64,000 nt of DNA from Bacteroidales bacterium (lineage in GTDB: Bacteria > Bacteroidota > Bacteroidia > Bacteroidales > F082). Both the position numbers and the translations under genes were made by a program. Of this stretch, positions 48,605 through 56,558 are shown one piece after another. Location: contig JBFHGX010000001.1 in assembly GCA_041582875.1 (NCBI GenBank), positions 23,996 to 87,995 of the forward strand, in the 5' to 3' direction. The notes under the pieces are model-generated. The model was not told where the DNA came from and ran no database searches. It saw only the letters and a list, made by a program, of their open reading frames with translations. The first letter of the stretch is position 1, and every line of letters begins with the position of its first letter.

Positions 48605-51016
48605 ATGAGAAAAATTACCTTTTTATTATCCTTGATCATATGGGGTTTATATGTTCAGGGTCAGATTATTACTGTTTTAGACAGTGAAACTCAACGACCG
48701 CTCGACCTTGTTACCATAAGCAGCGCATCTCCGAAAATCACTATAATTACCAACGCCAATGGGCAGGCTGACATTTCCCAGCTCGAAGGTTCTATGGAAA
48801 TTCAAATACAGATTTTAGGATATCAGGGAAAGCGGTTATCTTATAACGAACTAGAACAATTGCATTTTCAATTAGCGCTGACTCAAGGATCGATTAGCCT
48901 CGATCAAGTGGTAGTGTCGGCAACGCGTTGGAAACAAAACTTACGTGAAATTCCTGCTAAAATTCTAACCATTACTCCTCGACAAACCATGTTGCAAAAT
49001 CCGCAAACTGCGGCTGATTTATTGTCAACTTCAGGAGAAGTCTTTATGCAAAAAAGTCAGCAAGGAGGCGGAAGCCCCATGATTAGAGGGTTTTCAACCA
49101 ACCGACTGCTTTATACCGTCGATGGAGTTCGCATGAATACGGCTATTTTTAGAAGCGGAAACCTTCAGAATGTGATATCTCTCGATCCATTTGCGTTGGA
49201 GAGTACAGAAGTCATATTTGGCCCTGTAAGTTTAATTTATGGAAGCGACGCCATTGGTGGTGTAATGAGTTTCCAAACCATTCTTCCTGAATTTACTTTG
49301 TCGGATAAACCGTTGATCAATGGGCATGCATCGGCCCGTATGTCATCGGCTAACAACGAAAAAACAGGACATTTTGACGTTAGTATTGGCTGGAAAAAAT
49401 GGGCATCTGTAACCAGTTTCTCAAGTACGGAATATGGGAATTTGAAAATGGGAAGCTCTGGTCCCAATGAGTATTTACGTAACTGGTATGTCCAGCGGGT
49501 AGATAGTGCGGATGTTGTGGTAACCAATGACAATCCTAAAGAGCAAACTCCCACTAATTATAGCCAAATGAATTTAATGCAGAAAATTGCCTATAAACCC
49601 AACAATAATTGGGAGTTGCAATATGGGTTTCATTATTCCGCAACCACCGACTATGCACGGTACGACAGACTAATCAGAACCAAGAATAATTTGCCTCGCA
49701 GTGCCGAATGGTATTATGGACCTCAAAAATGGATGATGAATAACTTTTCGGCAATCAATACCAAAGCCAACAAATTTTTCGACGAAATGTCTGTGCGTTT
49801 GGCTTATCAGATATTTGAAGAAAGCAGAATTGACCGGGATTACCAAAAGGTTATACGGTATCACCGAAAGGAAAAAGTAGATGCTTATTCGACCAATGTT
49901 GACTTTTTGAAAACCATCGGTGCCAAACAAACGATATTTTATGGTTTTGAGGCTGTGGTCGATCAAGTGAAATCAACTGGGCTGGACGAGAATATTTCAA
50001 ATGGTGAAGTACTAGTCGGACCTTCACGCTATCCGCAATCTACATGGTCATCTTATGCGGCCTATATCAGTTACAAATACAGGTTAAATAAAAAGTTGCT
50101 ACTTCAAGGGGGAATCCGTTACAACCATTTTATCATGTCAGCAGATTTTTCAAATAACCTCTCCTATTATCCTTTGCCTTTTACTAAAACAGACCTCAAT
50201 GATGGAGCAGTTACGGGAAATTTGGGCATGGTGTATAATCCGACGAATCAATGGGCCATGGTCATGAACTTGTCTTCAGGTTTCAGAGCACCCAATGTGG
50301 ACGATATGGGTAAAATATTTGATTCAGAACCGGGTGCAGTAGTTTTCCCCAATCCAGATCTGAAACCAGAGTATGCCTGGAATGCAGAATTGGGTATCAC
50401 ACGGATATTTGACGAAAAGGCCAAGTTTGATATTACGGGATATTACACCTTGTTGCAAAACGCAATGGTCAGACGCGATTATTCACTTAACGGTCAAGAT
50501 AGCATCATGTATGACGGTGAAATGAGCCGTATTCAAGCGATTCAAAATGCTGCCAATGCCTATGTTTATGGAGTACAGTTTGGTTTAGAAATAAAACTTG
50601 GCGCAGGATTTGGTGTTTCGTCGCAGTTCAATTACCAGAAAGGTGAAGAAGAACTAGACGATGGTACCACTAGCCCTTTGCGCCATGCTGCTCCTTGGTT
50701 TGGCATCACCCATTTCACGTATGCGATGGATCGACTTAAACTTGATTTATATGGTATGTACAATGGAGAAGTCAGCTACACAAATCTTCCTGAAGAAGAA
50801 CGCAGTAAGGATTACATGTATGCTATAAATTCTGATGGAAACCCTTACTCCCCTTCCTGGTATACTTTAAATATCAAGGCATTGTATGTGCTTAATGATA
50901 TGATTTCTGTGAGTGCGGGTATCGAAAATCTTACCGACATCCGATATCGACCCTATAGTTCGGGACTAGTGGCTCCTGGAAGGAATTTTATCTTATCCTT
51001 GCAGGCGACTTTTTAA
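48605..51016 (+). CDS. TonB-dependent receptor with N-terminal CarboxypepD_reg-like domain
   Basis: Signal peptide from MRKITFLL (ATG 48605). Plug motifs (SPMIRGFSTNRLLYTVDGVRMN). Barrel motifs GFRAPN and NPDLKPE. Terminal Phe. Confidence 0.9.
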   Translation: MRKITFLLSLIIWGLYVQGQIITVLDSETQRPLDLVTISSASPKITIITNANGQADISQLEGSMEIQIQILGYQGKRLSYNELEQLHFQLALTQGSISLDQVVVSATRWKQNLREIPAKILTITPRQTMLQNPQTAADLLSTSGEVFMQKSQQGGGSPMIRGFSTNRLLYTVDGVRMNTAIFRSGNLQNVISLDPFALESTEVIFGPVSLIYGSDAIGGVMSFQTILPEFTLSDKPLINGHASARMSSANNEKTGHFDVSIGWKKWASVTSFSSTEYGNLKMGSSGPNEYLRNWYVQRVDSADVVVTNDNPKEQTPTNYSQMNLMQKIAYKPNNNWELQYGFHYSATTDYARYDRLIRTKNNLPRSAEWYYGPQKWMMNNFSAINTKANKFFDEMSVRLAYQIFEESRIDRDYQKVIRYHRKEKVDAYSTNVDFLKTIGAKQTIFYGFEAVVDQVKSTGLDENISNGEVLVGPSRYPQSTWSSYAAYISYKYRLNKKLLLQGGIRYNHFIMSADFSNNLSYYPLPFTKTDLNDGAVTGNLGMVYNPTNQWAMVMNLSSGFRAPNVDDMGKIFDSEPGAVVFPNPDLKPEYAWNAELGITRIFDEKAKFDITGYYTLLQNAMVRRDYSLNGQDSIMYDGEMSRIQAIQNAANAYVYGVQFGLEIKLGAGFGVSSQFNYQKGEEELDDGTTSPLRHAAPWFGITHFTYAMDRLKLDLYGMYNGEVSYTNLPEEERSKDYMYAINSDGNPYSPSWYTLNIKALYVLNDMISVSAGIENLTDIRYRPYSSGLVAPGRNFILSLQATF

Positions 51017-51032
51017 TATTAAAAAAAGATCT

Positions 51033-51066
51033 AGAGCCTACATGGATATACTTGGATGTAGGCTCT
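51033..51066 (+). terminator. Hairpin after the TBDR gene (no clear T-run)
   Basis: 11-bp stem agagcctacat/atgtaggctct. Confidence 0.5.
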
Positions 51067-51132
51067 GTTCTAAAAATCTATATCAGACAAACTTTCCTGC
51101 ATTTTTTTTTGTTTCTTTGCACTTTCAAATCA

Positions 51133-51204
51133 GGCCCCGTAGTTCAATGGATAGAATGTCAGATTCCGGTTCTGATGATCTGGGTTCGAATCCCGGCGGG
51201 GTCA
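51133..51204 (+). tRNA. tRNA-Arg (anticodon CCG)
   Basis: Manual cloverleaf fold: acceptor GGCCCCG/CGGGGTC, D arm GTTC/GAAT, anticodon stem TCAGA/TCTGA with loop TTCCGGT, T arm CTGGG-TTCGAAT-CCCGG, discriminator A. CCA is not encoded. Confidence 0.9.
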
Positions 51205-51219
51205 CATTAGTAATCACGT

Positions 51220-51258
51220 AAACGCTTGTATATCGTATGATTGCAAGCGTTTTATTTT
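51220..51258 (+). terminator. Terminator after the tRNA-Arg gene
   Basis: 9-bp stem aaacgcttg/caagcgttt followed by T-rich sequence. Confidence 0.65.
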
Positions 51259-51508
51259 CCATATCGTAATACACCAGTTTTATTACGATTTTATATTATC
51301 CTTAAACTAGTCAAATAAACTTACAGCATTTAACCCATACCTTTTTGCATCATTTTGACAATAGCTGCCCACCATCCTTGGCACTTTAAAAATCATTTAT
51401 AACTACTCTTTGCTATCCCAAACCATTTATTCCCTAATTTTATGCCATTATTTATGGTGATTGATCAAAAATAAATCACTCCATTTCCAAAAATACACTA
51501 AATTAATT

Positions 51509-52318
51509 ATGATTATAGACGTCCACACCCATATCAACAATTACCACAAGGATAGAGTAGTTTCGCTTGAAAACTGCCTCGATGATCTTACGGATAGCAT
51601 GGCTGCTAACAAAGTCGATTACGCATTGGTACTCTCATCATATAAGGTGAATGAACACCGGCCCAGTACAAAACAAGTGGTAGAGGCCATAAAAGGACGC
51701 AATAATTTAGGAGTTGTCTCGGGAATTAGTTACTTGCATTATGATCACAGAGATATAAGAGTAATCAGCGAATACCTCGAGAAAGGTTTTATCAAAGGTT
51801 TGAAACTTTATCCTGGCTATGAGCCATTTTATCCAAACGATACCCGGCTTAAACTTTTGTACGAAATGGCCATAGAATATGATGTACCGGTAATGTTTCA
51901 TTCAGGAGACACCTACGCTCCTAGCGGAAAAGTTAAATATTCGCATCCCTTGCATATTGATGATTTAGCAGTTGATTATCCTGATTTAAAAATCGTGATA
52001 TGCCATATCGGTAACCCGTGGATTCGAGATTGTATGGAAATTGTGTACAAAAATGAAAATGTGTATGCAGATATTTCCGGATTAGTTCTTGGAAACTTTT
52101 CAGAGAAGTTTGAGCGATACATGAAAAAGGAAATTGAAGAAATGATTACCTATGCTGGCGACCCAAATTACTTGTTATATGGCACAGATTGGCCCATAGC
52201 AAATATGGAGTCCTATTTAAAATTTATGGGTCAATTGGACTTGGAGGATGACAAAAAAGAACTTATCATGTGGAAAAATGCTGCTAGTCTGTTTAAGATC
52301 GATGTAGAGAATCTTTAA
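51509..52318 (+). CDS. Metal-dependent amidohydrolase (TIM-barrel, PF04909-like)
   Basis: IDVHTHI at the N-terminus when started at ATG 51509. HSGD, CHIGNPW and GTDWP motifs. Confidence 0.75.
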   Translation: MIIDVHTHINNYHKDRVVSLENCLDDLTDSMAANKVDYALVLSSYKVNEHRPSTKQVVEAIKGRNNLGVVSGISYLHYDHRDIRVISEYLEKGFIKGLKLYPGYEPFYPNDTRLKLLYEMAIEYDVPVMFHSGDTYAPSGKVKYSHPLHIDDLAVDYPDLKIVICHIGNPWIRDCMEIVYKNENVYADISGLVLGNFSEKFERYMKKEIEEMITYAGDPNYLLYGTDWPIANMESYLKFMGQLDLEDDKKELIMWKNAASLFKIDVENL

Positions 52319-52376
52319 GACAGATTAATTTGAGTCGACGCTCAGAACTACATAATCAAACCAAAATCCAATTCCA

Positions 52377-53804
52377 TTGAAAGCCCCAATAATTTATTTA
52401 ATAGTTGCTTTTTTGGCCATTTCGTGCCAAAATCTAACGGTAAAGCAAACAGAAAACCAACAACAAAAATCAGTTAATATCAAAAATGCTGATGCGCTTT
52501 CGCAACAACTCATCGATGAAACACAACGGAGTTGGGATGCTTATAAAAAATATGCCTGGGGTCACGACGCCCTTGCTCCTCTTTCACATTCTTTTTCAGA
52601 TTGGTACAGCGAGCCATTGTATATTTCCCCCATTGATGCTTATCCTACGCTTTCGCTGATGGGACTTAAAAAAGAGACTAAAATTATTGAGGATTATGTG
52701 GTTGATTCACTCGATTTTGATAAAAATATCGATGCCAAAATCTTCGAAGTCAATATTCGGATTTTGGGAGGCTTGCTTTCGATGTACGAGCTTTCGGGTA
52801 ATCCTAAAATCCTTGACAAAGCAAGGGATTTTGCCGATCGCATGATGCCTGCTTTCCATACCAATACCGGAATACCAACTTATTGGGTTAATCTCAAAAC
52901 TGGTCAGCCCAGAGGAGATACAGTAAATGTAGCTGAAGCAGCTTCCTATACTTTTGAACTGGGAGTGCTGAGCTACTACACCAAAGATCCAAAATACTAC
53001 CAGGCAGGAAAAAAAGCGACCCTCGCAGTGTATAACAGGCGCTCAGAATTGGGATTGATAGGTGATGTTATTGATGTCAATACCGGTGAATGGGTTTCTA
53101 CTCAGAGTCATTTGTGTGCCGGAGTCGATTCATATTACGAATACTTGTATAAAAGTTATGTGCTTTTTGGAGATCCCGAGTTGGGGGAAATATGGGAAGA
53201 AAGCCTGGTAGTCATTCAGAAATACCTGACCGAAGACGTGGATGGGCATCTTTGGTATGGACGTGTAGACATGAACACCGGTGAGCATGTGAGTTCGGTG
53301 GTAACGCTTTACGATGCCTTTTTTCCTGCTATTCTGGCGCTCTCAGGTCATATGGATAGCGCCAAACTTTTACAGCAAACATGGAATGGACTTTGGAATC
53401 AATATGGTTTAGAGCCAATGGTTTACGATTATAAATCTAAAACGCCCAATTATCCTGCTTACGACCTGAATCCGGAAATCATTGAGTCGGCCTATTATTT
53501 ATTTCACCTCACTGGGGATAGTATCTATTTCCAAATGAATGAAACCTACTGGAAAGACATCATGAAATATTGCAAAACAGAAATCGCCTTTACCTCCATT
53601 AAGGATGTACAAACCATGCAACAAAAGGATTATATGCCAACTTTCTTCCTAGCCGAGACCCTTAAATACTTTTATCTCACGTTTTCGCATCACCAGGGGA
53701 GTTTCAATTTTGATGAATATATGTTCAATACCGAGGCCCATCCTTTTAAAAGAAGTACTTTTAATCATGAACAGGCAGCCATGCGATTGGGTTTTGAAAA
53801 ATAA
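52377..53804 (+). CDS. Glycoside hydrolase family 47 (class I alpha-1,2-mannosidase-like) lipoprotein
   Basis: GH47 signature blocks FEVNIRILGGLLSMYELSG, AEAASYTFELGVLS, DSYYEYLYKS, NPEIIESAYYL, FFLAETLKYFYLTF and NTEAHPF. The TTG start gives a signal peptide with lipobox AISC. Confidence 0.85.
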   Translation: MKAPIIYLIVAFLAISCQNLTVKQTENQQQKSVNIKNADALSQQLIDETQRSWDAYKKYAWGHDALAPLSHSFSDWYSEPLYISPIDAYPTLSLMGLKKETKIIEDYVVDSLDFDKNIDAKIFEVNIRILGGLLSMYELSGNPKILDKARDFADRMMPAFHTNTGIPTYWVNLKTGQPRGDTVNVAEAASYTFELGVLSYYTKDPKYYQAGKKATLAVYNRRSELGLIGDVIDVNTGEWVSTQSHLCAGVDSYYEYLYKSYVLFGDPELGEIWEESLVVIQKYLTEDVDGHLWYGRVDMNTGEHVSSVVTLYDAFFPAILALSGHMDSAKLLQQTWNGLWNQYGLEPMVYDYKSKTPNYPAYDLNPEIIESAYYLFHLTGDSIYFQMNETYWKDIMKYCKTEIAFTSIKDVQTMQQKDYMPTFFLAETLKYFYLTFSHHQGSFNFDEYMFNTEAHPFKRSTFNHEQAAMRLGFEK

Positions 53805-53940
53805 TATTTTCACTTACTTAATACTCGACAGAAGTCTATTATAACAACAATTTGGCTGCAAGCCAAACTTATTAACGTCAGGTAATGCTGAAATATATAT
53901 CTTCAGGTAATCAAAAGTTAATCACCAAATAAATTGAATA

Positions 53941-54390
53941 ATGTCAGAAAAAAAACAAAAAGCCGTTAGCGCTTTTAATTCCGGTTTCAATTGTGCCCAG
54001 TCGGTATTAAATGCGTTCGCAGATGATTTGAACATAGATAAAGAGCTAATCTCAAGCCTTACCAGTGGTTTTGGTGGAGGAATGGGTAAGCTTCAGGAAA
54101 CGTGTGGTGCAGTTACAGGTTCTTTTATGGTTTTGGGGCTAACTAACGGAATCAGGTTTTCTGAAAATACAGATCGAAAGGAAGCGACCAATAATATGGT
54201 TAAATTGTTTCACGATCAATTCGTTAGCCAACATGGTACCATCAGTTGTAAACAGCTTCTGGGAGCTGACTTAAACACAGCTTCCGGACAGCAGTATCTG
54301 CTAGATAACAAGGTTTTTAAGTATGTTTGTGAAAAATGCATTGCAGATGCCGTTGAGATTACCGAACGTTTATTGGCTGAAAATATTTAA
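53941..54390 (+). CDS. C_GCAxxG_C_C family protein
   Basis: GFNCAQSV, ETCGAVTG and C-terminal CEKC cysteines at family-typical spacing. Length 149 aa. Confidence 0.65.
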   Translation: MSEKKQKAVSAFNSGFNCAQSVLNAFADDLNIDKELISSLTSGFGGGMGKLQETCGAVTGSFMVLGLTNGIRFSENTDRKEATNNMVKLFHDQFVSQHGTISCKQLLGADLNTASGQQYLLDNKVFKYVCEKCIADAVEITERLLAENI

Positions 54391-54408
54391 CAAACTAAAT
54401 TCGTTTTT

Positions 54409-55011
54409 TTAGTGATTTTCAGTTCCTTTTAAAAGCCTTTTTATATTGCCTGAATGTCTTATTAAAATCAAGAATGAACAAATAAGCAAATAGTAAAACC
54501 GATCAGAAACGGAATAGATTATCAAGTCGCTAAGCGGTAACGAAAGGGCTAAAAAAAGGGATCCTATCGAAACATAAGAGGTTTTCCATTTCACCAAAAA
54601 ATAGATGCCTACACTGATAAAAACAGCATAGGGTGCAATTAACAAAGAAGCCCCAAGTGTAGTATTAACGCCCTTCCCTCCTTTTCCGGATAAGAAAATG
54701 CTGAAATTGTGCCCAACAATGGCTGCAAGCGCAACACCAAAAACAAAATAATCATCATCCATGATAATCTGCTTGTTTTTCAAGTACAACACCAAGGCCA
54801 CGGGAATCAGACCTTTTGCCATGTCGAGAAGTTGGGTCAGTAAAGCCATCTTTTTACCAGCCACACGTCCCACATTGGTCGATCCAACATTTCCACTGCC
54901 CAGCTCCATGATATTTTTCCCCGTTGTTCTAAGGGTAAGCAGATATCCAACAGGAACTGATCCTAGCAAATAGGAAAATATTAATAATCCGACTTCAATG
55001 GGTGTAATCAT
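54409..55011 (-). CDS. plsY: Glycerol-3-phosphate acyltransferase PlsY (acyl-phosphate dependent)
   Basis: GSGNVGSTNVGR motif and GGKGV motif, about 6 TM segments, 200 aa. Confidence 0.9.
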   Translation of the reverse strand: MITPIEVGLLIFSYLLGSVPVGYLLTLRTTGKNIMELGSGNVGSTNVGRVAGKKMALLTQLLDMAKGLIPVALVLYLKNKQIIMDDDYFVFGVALAAIVGHNFSIFLSGKGGKGVNTTLGASLLIAPYAVFISVGIYFLVKWKTSYVSIGSLFLALSLPLSDLIIYSVSDRFYYLLICSFLILIRHSGNIKRLLKGTENH

Positions 55012-55766
55012 TTCATTTCTTGCAAAATACGCAATGTTTCGTCCACATGCTTTTCGGCCTGGAATTGCGAATTAAACATAAAAACAACTTTTCCTGTTTT
55101 ATCAATAACGTATGTTACCCTTCCGGGGATGAGTCCAAACAAGTTAGTTGGCACACCAAAAAGTTGCCGTACTTTATTGCCTTCATCGCTTAAGAGCGTG
55201 TAATTTAGCCGGTGCTTTTGAGCGAACTGCTTATGACTTTCAACCGATTGTGCACTAATACCAATAATCATGGCATTGGCTTCTTCGAATACCTCAAACT
55301 GATCGCGAAACGAACAGGCTTCTTTGGTGCAACCTGGCGTGTCATCTTTGGGGTAAAAATAAATAACCAGATTCTTCGTGCCCAAAACCGTTTGTAAATG
55401 AAATACTTGACCATTTTGATCATTCAATGAAAAATCGGGAATGGTACTCCCAACGTTTATTTTTTGTGCCATATTGGTGTTTTTATCCAAGATTATTTGA
55501 TGTACATCAAAGTAAAAGAAAAAGAGGACGAAGTATATAAAAAGGTAAAAGCGATAAAAATTCCTGAACTTCTTATAAGCCGCATTGCCAGGGAACAAAT
55601 TACCAAACAAGCCTTTTACTTCTTTAATAAAAACTGGCTTGATGTTAATGGTCCAACTCTCTGTTTGATACACCATTTTACGAAATTTACTTCGGTAAAA
55701 GGTCAAAGGTAAACCCCAAACTACAAAAAGTATCAGCCAAATATGTTCGAGCAAATAGTCAAGCAT
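55008..55766 (-). CDS. Thiol peroxidase Bcp (peroxiredoxin) with a 98-aa N-terminal membrane extension
   Basis: The C-terminal 154 aa carry FYPKDDTPGCTKEAC (peroxidatic plus resolving Cys). The upstream 98 codons are stop-free, contain two hydrophobic helices, and start 3 nt after the preceding gene. Confidence 0.75.
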   Translation of the reverse strand: MLDYLLEHIWLILFVVWGLPLTFYRSKFRKMVYQTESWTINIKPVFIKEVKGLFGNLFPGNAAYKKFRNFYRFYLFIYFVLFFFYFDVHQIILDKNTNMAQKINVGSTIPDFSLNDQNGQVFHLQTVLGTKNLVIYFYPKDDTPGCTKEACSFRDQFEVFEEANAMIIGISAQSVESHKQFAQKHRLNYTLLSDEGNKVRQLFGVPTNLFGLIPGRVTYVIDKTGKVVFMFNSQFQAEKHVDETLRILQEMK

Positions 55767-55769
55767 GGT

Positions 55770-56546
55770 TTATTTCTTTGGAAACCAAGGAAAAAAGGAA
55801 TTTGTTTTGCGAATGTATTCCTGATAATCCGGTTTTTTGTTCTTTAGCGATTTTTCGAGCAGAGTAACTCCAGAGACTTTGATGATTAAAAGCGTCATTA
55901 TGACTGATCCGAGTATTAACCAATAGTTACCTGCTGCAATGCAAAACAGTCCATACGCCCACCATACGGCAGAATCGCCAAAATAATTGGGATGCCGGGT
56001 GTATCGCCAAAAACCTGTATTTAATACTTTCCCCTTATTCGACCGATTGGCCTTGAAGTGGGCGAGTTGACAATCGCCCCCGGCTTCGAAGATAAAACCA
56101 ACAAGCCATACAACCATGGCGGCATAATCAAATCCATTAAGCTCAGTGGTTTGTGTTTGATAATTAGCCCCCAGCAAAGGCATCGAGATGACCCACATGA
56201 GCATACCTTGCAATAAAAATGTTTGGAAATAACTAACCCACCAATACCTGTTTTCACCATAGGTACGCCTAAATTCTTGATAACGAAAGTCTTCGCCTTT
56301 GCCAATATTTCGCCATGCCAAATAAATAGAAAGTCGTAATCCCCAGAGAGTAACGAGAACAAACAGGATGATCTTTCGTGGATAAAAATCACCTGACATA
56401 AAAAAAAACCAGGCATTGGCCAACACGTATCCCATTCCCCAGAATAAATCGACAATGCTTACATTTTTAATCAAAATGCTCACCAACCACAAAATGGTCA
56501 TCAAAATAAAAATAAGTATACCGGCTTGTAAGAATAACGATAACAT
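55770..56546 (-). CDS. DUF1295 / steroid-5-alpha-reductase-like membrane protein
   Basis: Polytopic membrane protein with the family motif WRYTRHPNYFGD. Confidence 0.7.
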   Translation of the reverse strand: MLSLFLQAGILIFILMTILWLVSILIKNVSIVDLFWGMGYVLANAWFFFMSGDFYPRKIILFVLVTLWGLRLSIYLAWRNIGKGEDFRYQEFRRTYGENRYWWVSYFQTFLLQGMLMWVISMPLLGANYQTQTTELNGFDYAAMVVWLVGFIFEAGGDCQLAHFKANRSNKGKVLNTGFWRYTRHPNYFGDSAVWWAYGLFCIAAGNYWLILGSVIMTLLIIKVSGVTLLEKSLKNKKPDYQEYIRKTNSFFPWFPKK

Positions 56547-56558
56547 AGTGATTGAGCT

